Below are positions 1-10,118 of a DNA stretch of 64,000 bases, one piece after another. The position numbers were made by a program, and so were the translations under genes. Below the pieces are notes generated by a model that did no database searches, had not been told where the DNA came from, and was given only the letters and a program-made list of their open reading frames with translations. Source of the DNA: Tolypothrix carrinoi HA7290-LM1 (GTDB lineage: Bacteria > Cyanobacteriota > Cyanobacteriia > Cyanobacteriales > Nostocaceae); contig JAHHIK010000028.1 in NCBI GenBank assembly GCA_019358935.1, positions 1 through 64,000 of the forward strand. The letters are read 5' to 3'. Position 1 is the first letter of the stretch. Each line of letters opens with the position of its first letter.

Positions 1-91
1 TATACTTATGGTCATTTGAGAATAGTCTTCCATGAGGTTATACCTAATATGACTATTCTAAATATATAGACGTTCCGCTAGTTTTGTCTAG

Positions 92-829
92 TTATGGGTA
101 GAAATTAGCTAGCAGCAATAAACCCTCTATTTGCCTAATTAGCGATTCCGGAATTGATAAGTTGACACCCGCAACTTTTAGCTTGTCTCCCGCTTTTGCA
201 AGTTGACTTAACTCAGTTACCGCTTTTGTCGTCTTGCCACGAACAAAACTTGCCATCCCACGAGTATAAGTCATCAATGGTGCAAATCCTGCTAACGGTT
301 CTGCAAACGTTTCCACTATGGATGCCATGCGAACCCACTCTGCTTTTTCCTCTAATTTCAACTTGGCAAGCGTAGATGCAATTTCCCGCGCTGCTTCACC
401 AGGTTTTGTATAAGCTAAAGCCGTCCACGTCTGAACCTGAGCAAAATCACGCATATCCGGATCGTGACTCTCAAGCTGTTGTTTTACATAGACAAGCAAA
501 AAATCAGACAATTCATGAATTCGCTTTTCGCCAAAGCGGGGATTAACTTTCAATTCTTTCAGCAGTGCATTTCGCACCTCTGTTTCCATTTCATAAAGTT
601 CATATCCCACTTGATCACAAAGGCTGGAAAGTAACAAATCTGCCACAGCAAGCCAGGGAATTTTCAGTGCTTCACCGTGAATATCGCGTTGAAAATTCGC
701 CCACAACCGATACAGTAAATCGGGTGTCAGCGCTAAGGGAAAAGCAGCATGATAAGCGAAATCAAGATGCGCTTCACCAAAGTGTTGGTGAAAAGCTTCA
801 ATGCGACGAGTGACGACTTCTGGCTTCAT
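92..829 (-). CDS. Helical component of the cyanobacterial vWA-MoxR ternary system (normally effector-bearing; no C-terminal effector domain here)
   Basis: N-terminal motif AYHAAFPLALTPDLLYRLWANF...W.AVADLLLSSLC..VG.ELYEM...VR..LL is typical of the gene following vWA in these operons; only 245 aa. Confidence 0.7.
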   Translation of the reverse strand: MKPEVVTRRIEAFHQHFGEAHLDFAYHAAFPLALTPDLLYRLWANFQRDIHGEALKIPWLAVADLLLSSLCDQVGYELYEMETEVRNALLKELKVNPRFGEKRIHELSDFLLVYVKQQLESHDPDMRDFAQVQTWTALAYTKPGEAAREIASTLAKLKLEEKAEWVRMASIVETFAEPLAGFAPLMTYTRGMASFVRGKTTKAVTELSQLAKAGDKLKVAGVNLSIPESLIRQIEGLLLLANFYP

Positions 830-837
830 CTGCTTCT

Positions 838-1455
838 TTAAACTAAAGTTTTCGACAAAGAACCCTCAAACGGTTGCAATAAAATTCCGAGAATCTTATC
901 AACTGCATTAATGTAATATTCGATCGCGTCGATGCACAATATATTTTGTTCTAAAGTCAAAAACTTCCAACTAGTTCCAGTTGTAACTGCTCCATAAATG
1001 ACTTTAATTTCACTTTTTGTTTGATTAAATATTTGAGCAGCAACCATTGTGGCAGCGCATTGTCCCAGCCCTGCAATAATGTTTTCATTTTTCGCCTCAA
1101 TCACTGTAAGCACTGGAGCGCTGATAAAATATTGCTCACTAGATGCGCTGAGGATAAAGTCACAAAAGCCTGAGAGTCCTTGAGCAGGATCAACATTAAA
1201 CTCTGTCCCAGAAAATAAGCCGATTCGATAATTCAACTGTCGCCTAACCTCAGATAAAATCGGAGCAATGAGAAACTCAGAACGGGCTTTTTCGCTGTTA
1301 ATGGCAGTCGCCAAAGTTACATTTTCAGCCAGCACCCGTTGTAGTAAATCAGATGGCTGTACCCCCGCGACATCCCGAAACAAATTTCGAGTCTCGTCCA
1401 GAGTTAAGCCAAATGCATTTCTTGCTTTAACGAGAGTAAAATCACTGTATGCCAT
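838..1455 (-). CDS. Restriction-endonuclease-fold (PD-(D/E)xK) hypothetical protein, common cyanobacterial family
   Basis: SEKARSE, G.CDFILS, VIEAKNE and YGAVTTG.SWKF motifs; likely start MAYSDFTL at 1455 (ORF open from 1494). Confidence 0.7.
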   Translation of the reverse strand: MAYSDFTLVKARNAFGLTLDETRNLFRDVAGVQPSDLLQRVLAENVTLATAINSEKARSEFLIAPILSEVRRQLNYRIGLFSGTEFNVDPAQGLSGFCDFILSASSEQYFISAPVLTVIEAKNENIIAGLGQCAATMVAAQIFNQTKSEIKVIYGAVTTGTSWKFLTLEQNILCIDAIEYYINAVDKILGILLQPFEGSLSKTLV

Positions 1456-1505
1456 AAAAAGAGCGTAGAAGCTCTGCTTCTTGTCGCCAGACATCGCGTT
1501 CTATT

Positions 1506-2636
1506 TTAATTGTGTAGCATCGCTTGCCGTCCTCGCAAAACATCGATCGCACTATCCAACCCGTGACGACTCAATTCAAACATCGGCACTAAACGCGCAA
1601 TTTCACCCGCTGTTGTCCCAAACCAGCGCTCTGTCGCCATTGGATTGACCCATGCTATATAACGAACTCGTTGCTTTAACTGGTATAAAAACTTTTCTGT
1701 CAATTCTAACCTTTCTAAGCTATAACCACCCCGCGCTGCCCCCGCATCACTAAAAATCAACACAGTCGAGCATTCTGGACGCAGTTGAGCCAGAAAATCT
1801 AATACAGGTTCAGCTTTTTGGCGGGCAGTATCTCTGTAAATATACTTGGTTGGGCAGTTGTGAAAGTAATAAATACCAGCTTTTCCTAAACGTCCTCCCC
1901 GCACCGCAGTTTCCGCTAACCGCTGCGATAAAGCGTGAAAAGGCACCATTGAGCCTTTTTGGTCAATTAGTAACTGTAATTCTGTGCGATTTACTCGACT
2001 GGGAACCATTACAGGTTCTAGCAAAATTCCCTGTTGTCCAATCCGGTCAATTGTTGCTTCTACATCTAATGTGGGCAAACCTTGCCGCACGAAACGCCGC
2101 AAATGTCGCCAGCTTTGCTTCATCTGCCGTCGCGTTACGGGAAAATACTCATCGGTTTGGGTGAAGCGATTTTCTGCAATTTCCTCATAGCTACTAGTAG
2201 TAATTTGTACTGCTTCTGCTACTTGCATTTCGTCTTCTACTTCGATTAATTCTGACGAAACCGATACGGAAGCTAGTGTATTTTCGACTTGTTCGGGTTT
2301 GGGTTGAGAAGTGGGCTTAGTAGTTTTGATGTCTGAACTGTCCGGTTTTTCCGGTGAGGTGGAAGTAAAAGCGCTGTTGGTGGATACGCTCATTACTTGT
2401 TGAAAGTGATAGTTAAATAGGTGTTCTTCGTCTTTCGATTTCACCCACAAAGTACGGCAGAGTTCCGCTAATGCCTCTTGGTTAGTTGTGCCAAAGCCTT
2501 TCTGTAAAGCTTCTAGAATCAGGCGATACTCATCAATGCCCAGTGGTAAGCCTGCCTCTCGCAGCCGCGTGAAGAGGTCAAGTAGCGGTAATTCTTCTTG
2601 GGTAGTGGTAGCTAATTGTACTTGGGCGGCTTCCAT
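1506..2636 (-). CDS. vWA-domain component of MoxR-vWA system
   Basis: LFTRLREAGLPLG, LDVEATI, degenerate MIDAS LIDQKGSM, YFHNCP, FSDAGAARG, AWVNPM; ATG at 2636, alternative upstream ATG at 3065 reads through the repeat in frame. Confidence 0.8.
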   Translation of the reverse strand: MEAAQVQLATTTQEELPLLDLFTRLREAGLPLGIDEYRLILEALQKGFGTTNQEALAELCRTLWVKSKDEEHLFNYHFQQVMSVSTNSAFTSTSPEKPDSSDIKTTKPTSQPKPEQVENTLASVSVSSELIEVEDEMQVAEAVQITTSSYEEIAENRFTQTDEYFPVTRRQMKQSWRHLRRFVRQGLPTLDVEATIDRIGQQGILLEPVMVPSRVNRTELQLLIDQKGSMVPFHALSQRLAETAVRGGRLGKAGIYYFHNCPTKYIYRDTARQKAEPVLDFLAQLRPECSTVLIFSDAGAARGGYSLERLELTEKFLYQLKQRVRYIAWVNPMATERWFGTTAGEIARLVPMFELSRHGLDSAIDVLRGRQAMLHN

Positions 2637-3035
2637 TTGTATCGAGTGACAATCGCATTGTATTGAGTGACAATCGCATTGTATCGGGTGACAATCGCAT
2701 TGTATCGAGTGACAATCGCATTGTATCGAGTGACAATCGCATTGTATCGGGTGACAATCGCATTGTATCGAGTGACAATCGCATTGTATCGAGTGACAAT
2801 CGCATTGTATCGGGTGACAATCGCATTGTATCGGGTGACAATCGCATTGTATCGAGTGACAATCGCATTGTATCGAGTGACAATCGCATTGTATTGGGAT
2901 GCGATCGCATTGTATCGAGTGACGATCGCATTGTATCGGGTGACAATCGCATTGTATCGAGTGACAATCGCATTGTATCGAGTGACAATCGCATTGTATT
3001 GGGATGCGATCGCATTGTATTGGGATGCGATCGCA
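2637..3035. repeat. Tandem array of 19 x 21 bp (TTGTATCGAGTGACAATCGCA and variants)
   Basis: 399 bp = 19 units with no spacers; units 13, 18 and 19 are the variant TTGTATTGGGATGCGATCGCA containing HIP1. Confidence 0.97.
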
Positions 3036-3095
3036 TTGCACGCTATTGCAAAATTTAATTCCCATGCTTTGCGTGGGAACGAGAAGAGAAATAGG

Positions 3096-4039
3096 TTAAG
3101 GCGATCGCTCTTCACCATAACGCCGATAATCATCCCAACTCTTCAGCAACACCCCAGGATACAAAAGTTCTGTTTTCAACTTGCTGAGAATTTCGTCGTC
3201 GGAATTGTGCTTGAGTAGCATGTCGATCCAGTCCATCAACTCGCTAGTGCTAACCTTTTTGCCTGCGTCTCCTTTGTCTTGTTGCATCTGGTTGCGAAGA
3301 TTGATGAAGCGATCGATAATTGCATCCAGTAATGCTAAACGCGGATCGGAAAAACAAAAGCGAGCTTTAACTATTTTTATCAAATCCTCCCGCTGCGGAA
3401 ATTTGACGTAGTGAAACAAACAGCGACGCAAAAAAGCATCGGGCAAGTCTTTTTCATCGTTACTTGTAATAAAAACTATCGGTGTCACTTTCGCCTGAAC
3501 TTTCTTGATGGGGCTGGTCTGTTTTACCTCTATTACCTCAAACCGTTTCTCATCAAGCTCTAAGAGCAAATCATTGGGAAAGTCGATATCAGCTTTATCT
3601 ATTTCATCAATCAGTACAACTGTGCGGCACTCGTTGCGAAAAGCACGTCCTAGCGGTCCCCACTCGACGTAAGCATCAGCATTTTTCGCTTGTTCTGCGG
3701 CGTCTTTATCTATCCCAGAAGCAGCAAGTTGTGCATCTCGCAACCTGCCAACTGCATCATAAGTATACAGCCCCATCCCGCGCTCGACTGGTCGATTTGA
3801 CGTACCAAGCTTCAAAAGGTAAATTTAGCTCGTAAGCAACAGCATGAGCTAATTTTGTTTTGCCACAACCGGGTTCACCCTTCAATAATAAAGGACATCC
3901 CTTGAGCGATCGCACAAGGTACCGCTTCTACTAACTTCTCACCGGGCAAATATGGATACAAAAGTTGCCCCGTTAGCTTGTCTTGCTATGCTTGGTTTCG
4001 GCTGTTTATCCTTGTCACCAGTGTATTTCAGTCGCTCAT
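3096..4039 (-). pseudogene. MoxR-family AAA+ ATPase, 5' third broken by about 4 frameshifts
   Basis: Walker B VLIDEIDKAD.DFPNDLL and TSNDEKDLPDAFLRRC in ORF 3096-3815; Walker A GEPGCGKT (3856-3879) and YPYLP lie in other frames; ATG at 4039 abuts the iSTAND stop. Confidence 0.85.
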
Positions 4040-5006
4040 CTACAGCTTTAACCACCTATCCTCTCCTTGCTCCCAACTATAACCACACAAACCAAAAATT
4101 TCGGCAAACACCCGTTCCGGAATGCCTTCACTGTTCTGTAGAATTACCTTAACTGTGTAGTCAATTTTTTTAGTCACTTTTGTGGGTAGTGCATCAATTG
4201 CATTTTCCATCCAGTTAACTAACACTTGGTCAGATAGACGGTCAATAATCGGCAGTCTTATAGGAGTACAAGGTTCCCACATAATTTCAATTTCATCTGC
4301 AAACGCGATATCCCAGGTGTTGACACAACTATCCTGGTCAACTAAAAACATCAATAAAAAAAACTCGTTGCTTGAATAAATCGTCTGTTGAGTTGAGTTT
4401 ACCAGGGGAAGCCAAAATTCGCGGATCAATTCTTGCAAATAGTCTTCATCAATACAATCCATATCGTGAAAAACCAGGATGACGTGCTGATTTTTCAACT
4501 GAGACATCACATTTCTGGCAATTTCCGGCAATGAAAAGTCTTGTACTCCTATCTGACGCCCTAATTCACGCCATAATGCTTTGATGTCAGTCCTAAATGC
4601 TCTACGGGAGAGGTAAAATTGAATTGGTGGAGTTACGGAACCATCAGGTATTGCGTTTAACAAGCGTCTCCAAAGAAATATTTGCCCGTGTTCTGGGGAA
4701 CCATGAACCAAAAAAGCTCCGATACGTTTGTGTTCAATAAATTCTCGCTACGGAGCGCACCTGCTTGATATAGTTGAGGCGAAACAGTTCAATGTGTATT
4801 CGCTCACTTTCTAGATTATCAATTTGTTTAGCGAGGCGATCGCGTTGTGCTTCAAAACGCTCAATTTCCTTATCTAGCTGAAAAGCCACTGAAGTACCTG
4901 CCTCAATTGCCAAATTAGTCCGCAAGCATTTTATTATCTCGCTAAGTAGATCGTACTGTTGTTGAAGTTCTTCGCGTCTACGTTGTAAGTGTTGAACTGA
5001 GGACAT
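4040..5006 (-). pseudogene. N-terminal coiled-coil (EAD-like) + inactive STAND (iSTAND) protein, split by one frameshift near 4750
   Basis: ORF 4734-5006 ends LFRLNYIKQVRS; the shifted frame continues REFIEHKRIGAFLVHGSPEHGQ into ORF 4040-4711 (EFWLPLV, LLMFLVD, SEGIPE). Confidence 0.75.
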
Positions 5007-5264
5007 CTCTAAGCTTCTTTTTCCATTCAGAAATTGCCAATAGAATTTTAATTTGGCTCATTGAGGCTATTTACTCAGGTTTAATCTATTATCTGTAGAA
5101 CTTTACACTTATACTTAAGTAGTCTAACAATAGCGTGTCTGCACATTATTGTTAGACTGCTTGCAAAAATACTTCACCGGAACACAAGCCAATTTCGGAC
5201 GAATTTTAGCTAAAATCCGCCCCAATCATAATTTTGGATAACCTCTTTGAGCCTTGATGCGAAA

Positions 5265-6155
5265 TTAAATATATTTAGAGAAAAAGTAAAGAATTAACCC
5301 TGTTAGTAGTAAACAAACAATTCCCGCAGCACCAGCTAGGGGTTTTTTGTTTTTACCAGTCAACCATTCAGGGACTTTACCAGTGTAAGTAATTAACTCT
5401 GCTGTATCTAGGCAAGCGATCGCCCATACCCATCCTGCGTGCAATCCAATCGCTAAACCTAAATTATTGCGATCGCTAAACCGTGCCAATACTAGCACCA
5501 TTCCCATTAACCACAGTCCCGGTAATTGCGGTATAGTTTCCCGTCGTTCCCAAACTAAATGTAGTAAAGCAAAAATCAAGCTAGAAATAACTGCTGCTAC
5601 CCAAACTGAATAATCCTGCGCTAGTTGAGTAAACAAAAAACCGCGAAAAATCAACTCTTCTACACCACCGACAAACAAAGCTACCAAAAAAATAGGTAGC
5701 AAGATCGATTGCAATTGCTTTGTCTGGGACTCTTGCCAGCTGCACCACGAAAGCCAAAATTGCCCACCAAATACAACAGCTAAACTCAATACTCCCAAAA
5801 CAAAACCCAGTCCCAAAGAACCGAGAAGGGAAATATTCACTCTTAAGCCATAATTTGAAAAAGATGTATTAGTCAGCCAATTTATACCCCAGAGAATAAA
5901 AGGTGCTAATAAATAAAGGGAAACTAATAAAGGTAATTTTTGTTCTGGCTGCAAAGCTTTGCCCAGTTGCAAATTCAGTGCTAGTGCCGATACTATTGCT
6001 ACTGGTAACCAGCATCCTATCCAGCCAATGAAAAAAGCCATCACTACCACTACCGCTGGTGCATTTTGTAGAAATGACACTAAGGTGTTGATTGATGGCT
6101 CAAATGATGCTATCGAAACAGACAAAAACAAATACGACACACTTCTTGCAAACAT
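5265..6155 (-). CDS. CPBP/Abi (CAAX-like) intramembrane metalloprotease
   Basis: EELIFRG, FALLH and GLHAGW motifs; multiple TM helices; immediately downstream of calA. Confidence 0.92.
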   Translation of the reverse strand: MFARSVSYLFLSVSIASFEPSINTLVSFLQNAPAVVVVMAFFIGWIGCWLPVAIVSALALNLQLGKALQPEQKLPLLVSLYLLAPFILWGINWLTNTSFSNYGLRVNISLLGSLGLGFVLGVLSLAVVFGGQFWLSWCSWQESQTKQLQSILLPIFLVALFVGGVEELIFRGFLFTQLAQDYSVWVAAVISSLIFALLHLVWERRETIPQLPGLWLMGMVLVLARFSDRNNLGLAIGLHAGWVWAIACLDTAELITYTGKVPEWLTGKNKKPLAGAAGIVCLLLTGLILYFFSKYI

Positions 6156-6323
6156 AGATTTCTTGTTTTTTAATCAAGCTTCTACCAAAATTGGCGATTT
6201 ATGCAAGATACCTAATCGTATTTTTCTGACTCGACACAGTTGTTAAACAGAAGATGTTAATTTTTCTTACATAGAGAACAACTTATCAAGCATTTAGCTT
6301 GAAATGCCTCCAGATCGAAAAAT

Positions 6324-6770
6324 TTACTCCTCATCTTCGTCTTCATCTTCTTCATCTTCGTCTAATTCTAAGTCTTCATCTGCCTCGGTCAATTTTTTAT
6401 CACCTTCACCAACTTGAATCAGGTGAATATGCTTATATCCCAGCTTAATTTCAAACTCATCACCTGACTTTAAGCCCATTGCTTTGGTGTAGGTGGCTCC
6501 AATCACAATCTGACCATTTTGATGTACGCTAACACGATAGGTCGGTTCACGCCCACGTCCATCTTTTGGTGCTTCTGGACTGAGAGGAATTCCCCTAGCT
6601 GATAGCAAAGCATCGTAGAAATCGGTCAGGTTTACTCGTACCTGACCACCTTTAGTAGTTGTGTAATAGCCACATTGCTTGGCTCTTTCTCGTCGTGGTA
6701 AAGTAGAAAGTTCTTTTACCTTAGCAAGCAGTGCTTTTCCAGTTAATGGCGCGGTTGCGGTTTCAGTCAT
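6324..6770 (-). CDS. calA: Cyanobacterial AbrB-like regulator CalA (cyAbrB1)
   Basis: MTETATAPLTGKALLAKVKEL...GRGREPTYRVSVHQNGQIVIGATYT...KLGYKHIHL with acidic tail; lies between CPBP and sdhB. Confidence 0.9.
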   Translation of the reverse strand: MTETATAPLTGKALLAKVKELSTLPRRERAKQCGYYTTTKGGQVRVNLTDFYDALLSARGIPLSPEAPKDGRGREPTYRVSVHQNGQIVIGATYTKAMGLKSGDEFEIKLGYKHIHLIQVGEGDKKLTEADEDLELDEDEEDEDEDEE

Positions 6771-8234
6771 TACGCTCAAATTATCCTTAGTCTCTCCAAA
6801 CTGATAAACGATATTGTCTCATGCCAGTATTTGGCTTTTTGACACCTGCCCAAACCTACTCAAGACCCTAGGATAAGAGGTGAATTCCTGCTTATAAAAG
6901 CCATAAGATCCGAGGGAAAAAGTAGTGTAAATTCGCCCAAGAGTTTGCGGTGTAGATATTCTTCACACTCAACTCTTGTTTTCACCATCAACAGACGAAC
7001 AGCTTGCATCTGCTGGTCGGAGTTATTGCTTTATATTCGTTCTATTATGTCGCCCACAATAGATTAGAGGTTATGGTTGTCACAAGCATTAATTTCGGTG
7101 AGTGAACGGCATTTTTAAGCATTCTTTGCCATCGAGAGAGCGAAATAATTTTCTCTTTTGGCGCTAATACGGCGGTGTAATCTTAAGCCACGTTTACAAA
7201 TTGTGTCGGTTCTACTACTAGAAATAAGTCGCAGACCAATCGAAAATGCCAGGTTTTCAGTTTCGGCGAAGCGCCTTTGTTGCTCTTGAGTAGTAAGGTT
7301 TTGCTCTTCCTCGTATGAGCCTTTCTGAGAACAGCATAGTATTTGCATACGGTTCTTGTGCATACACCCTTTTATCCTGCCAGTAGAGACGATAAATTTC
7401 ACCTCTCTACATTACAAAGAAACAAAACTATAATAAGAGCCGCAGATCGGACGGCTATTTATACTGGTTTTGTTGCCTCGTAATTTTATATTAAATACTA
7501 GCATGGACTAATAATAGCAAAATTGTTGTTTATTTTTGAATTAAAGTTGCGAAGTTACTTTTATTTAAATCCCTCCCCTTGGGAAGCAAAAAACGGTGAG
7601 GATTTTCAGGAGCGCTTTATTACCGTCGGGTAAAAATGCTAGGATTTTGAGGAAGTTTGCATTTCGGATTTTCGCTCTTTGCAAAACTCCGGTTAATGGT
7701 GCTTGATTACCAATCATTCGTTATTACCGCACAGCTTTTAGAAAAATTGATTTAATTTACAGGCGGAGTTTTGACAACTGACGTAGAAAAGCGCATTTTC
7801 TTGATTTCGCACTCGGCTTCAGCGCAGTTGTCCTTCTTGTTTGCCGCAGTCGGGAAAAAAATTATGCTCAAATGGAGATGTTTATTACAAGCTTTAACAA
7901 TTCTATATAACTAAAAAAATATCGTTTAGCCATCTTTAGAGGGATTTTTCGATGTAAGGATTGTCTTTGGTGGACATTAACATATAGTTATATCTCAATG
8001 AGTGCTCTTTGAGGATAGAGGTTGAGGCGATCGCCCAACCGATTCGGCATTTAGAGAACTAAGATTTTTCTGGTTATCCTTGAACTAGAATCAGTAGCTC
8101 TTTTATCATCAGTCAATTAACAGCTGGCTTTGAATTAAGGGCAATATGATTATGGGTCAATGAGTGCAAGGAATATGCATGTACTCATGATTTACTAGTC
8201 AGACGAGATAATTTTAAGACTTTGGTTGGTGGAA

Positions 8235-9242
8235 ATGGAAGTTCTTTTTAAGGTCATTCGGCAAACAGAAAATTCATCCCCTGTGGTACAAACTTACCGC
8301 TTAGAGGCAGAACCGGGCAATACAATCCTGGATTGTCTCAATCAAATTAAGTGGGAGCAAGATGGGACTTTAGCGTATCGCAAAAATTGTCGCAATACTA
8401 TTTGTGGTAGCTGCGCTATGCGAATCAATGGACGTTCGGCTTTAGCATGTAAGGAAAATCTCAGAAGTGAAATTGCCCGGTTAGAAAATATTCCAGCGTC
8501 GGGAAGTAACGCGTCTTCTATTCCGGAAATGACGATCGCCCCGTTGGGTAATATGCCGGTGATTAAAGATTTAGTTGTCGATATGAGCAGTTTTTGGGAT
8601 AACCTAGAGGCAGTTGCTCCTTATGTCAGCACAGCAGGGCGACAAGTTCCAGAAAGAGAATTTTTGCAAACACCACAAGAGCGATCGCTTCTCGACCAAA
8701 CTGGCAATTGTATTATGTGCGGAGCTTGTTACTCCCAATGCAATGCTCGTGAAGTCAACTCAGATTTTGTCGGTCCCCATGCTCTTGCCAAAGCTTACCG
8801 CATGGTCGCAGACTCCCGCGATGGCGAAACTGAAAATCGATTAGAAAATTACAACGAAGATACCAAAGGTGTTTGGGGTTGCACTCGTTGTTTTTACTGC
8901 AATAGTGTTTGTCCGATGGATGTAGAGCCACTCGAACAAATCACTAAAATTAAACAAGAAATTCTCCAACACAAACAAGTAGCCGACAGCCGTTCAATTC
9001 GCCACCGCAAGGTATTAGTAGATTTGGTGAAAGAAGGTGGCTGGATTGATGAACGTAAATTTGGCTTACATGTAGTCGGTAATTACTTTAAAGACTTAAC
9101 AGGGTTGCTCAGTATTGTACCCTTAGGGATGCGAATGATCGCTAAAGGTAAATTCCCACTATCATTTGAGTCTTCAGAAGGAACTCAACAAGTGCGATCG
9201 CTTATCGAAGCTGTTCAAGAAGAACAAGGGAGTGGGGACTAG
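8235..9242 (+). CDS. sdhB: Succinate dehydrogenase/fumarate reductase iron-sulfur subunit
   Basis: CRNTICGSC, CIMCGACYSQC and CTRCFYCNSVCP Fe-S motifs. Confidence 0.96.
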   Translation: MEVLFKVIRQTENSSPVVQTYRLEAEPGNTILDCLNQIKWEQDGTLAYRKNCRNTICGSCAMRINGRSALACKENLRSEIARLENIPASGSNASSIPEMTIAPLGNMPVIKDLVVDMSSFWDNLEAVAPYVSTAGRQVPEREFLQTPQERSLLDQTGNCIMCGACYSQCNAREVNSDFVGPHALAKAYRMVADSRDGETENRLENYNEDTKGVWGCTRCFYCNSVCPMDVEPLEQITKIKQEILQHKQVADSRSIRHRKVLVDLVKEGGWIDERKFGLHVVGNYFKDLTGLLSIVPLGMRMIAKGKFPLSFESSEGTQQVRSLIEAVQEEQGSGD

Positions 9243-9468
9243 GGACTAGAGGGAGACAAGGGAGACAAGGGAGACAAGGGAGACAAGGGAGACAAGGGAG
9301 ACAAGGGAGATGGGGGAGATGGGGAAGACAAGGCAGACAAGGCAGACAAGGGAGATGGGGAAGACAAGGGAGAAATTTTTTCTTGTCCCCCTTGTCCCCC
9401 TTGTCCCCCTTGTCCCCCTTGTCCCCCTTGTCCCCACTCCCCACTCCCCACTCCCCACTCCCCACTTC
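9228..9468. repeat. Short tandem repeats: (GGGAGACAA)n facing (TTGTCCCCC)n plus (CCCCACT)n
   Basis: Inverted 9-mer and 7-mer arrays between convergent genes. Confidence 0.9.
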
Positions 9469-9473
9469 CAGTC

Positions 9474-9986
9474 TTAAGGTATATTCAAACGCTGTCCAGA
9501 ACGGTCATAGACAGAAATATCCCACTGTCCATTGAGAGTAGACTCAAAGGAGATTCTACTTGCATCAGCGCTGATTGTCGGGTTGCGGACTTCCGCTTGA
9601 AGATTAGCAGTTAAATTGCGCGATTGTCGCGTTTCCCGGTCATAAAGAAATATAGCCGATCGCCCTTGACGAGAAGCTGCAAAGACAATAAAACGACCAT
9701 TATCGTCAACACTAGGATGAGAAGCGATCGCATCCAAAGAATTTAAACCAGGCAAATCAATTAAATTGCTAGTCACCATATCAAACATATACACATCCTG
9801 GCTGCCCCGGCGATCGCTAGTAAAAACAATATACCTACCCGAAATTTGCGGATTTAATTCCGAAGCTGAACTGTTAAAACTTCTACCCCCCGGATCAAAA
9901 GGGTAACTTAACAAGCGAGGATAGCCAACACAGCCACTCAACAAGCCTGTTAATGCCAACACAGGTATAAAAATAGAGCGTTTCAT
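9474..9986 (-). CDS. TolB-like PD40-repeat lipoprotein
   Basis: Lipobox LLSGC; FTSDRRG, FAASRQG and PTISAD repeats. Confidence 0.85.
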   Translation of the reverse strand: MKRSIFIPVLALTGLLSGCVGYPRLLSYPFDPGGRSFNSSASELNPQISGRYIVFTSDRRGSQDVYMFDMVTSNLIDLPGLNSLDAIASHPSVDDNGRFIVFAASRQGRSAIFLYDRETRQSRNLTANLQAEVRNPTISADASRISFESTLNGQWDISVYDRSGQRLNIP

Positions 9987-10118
9987 ATATTAGTCAAAAG
10001 TCAAGAGTTAGGAGTTAAGAGTTAGGAGTTAGGAGTTAAGAGTTAAGAGTTATTCTCCCTTGTCTCCCTTGCCCCCTTGTCTCCCTTGTCCCCCCATCCC
10101 CCCATCTCCCCCTCCCCC

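Noticed and set aside
2637..3035. CRISPR array
   Set aside because: Units are head-to-tail with no unique spacers, and there are no cas genes in the window
2578..3218. Four overlapping repeat-derived ORFs (152, 173, 131 and 183 aa)
   Set aside because: Open only because the 21-bp unit lacks stops in five frames; no independent coding evidence
7115..7402. 95-aa ORF in the calA-sdhB gap
   Set aside because: No recognisable motif or clear RBS; probably chance
9202..9465. Collagen-like or Cys/Pro-rich ORFs (GDKGDK, PCLPCL)
   Set aside because: Translations of intergenic short tandem repeats; same artefact at 12539-12889, 19548-20086, 27360-27557 and 62389-62823
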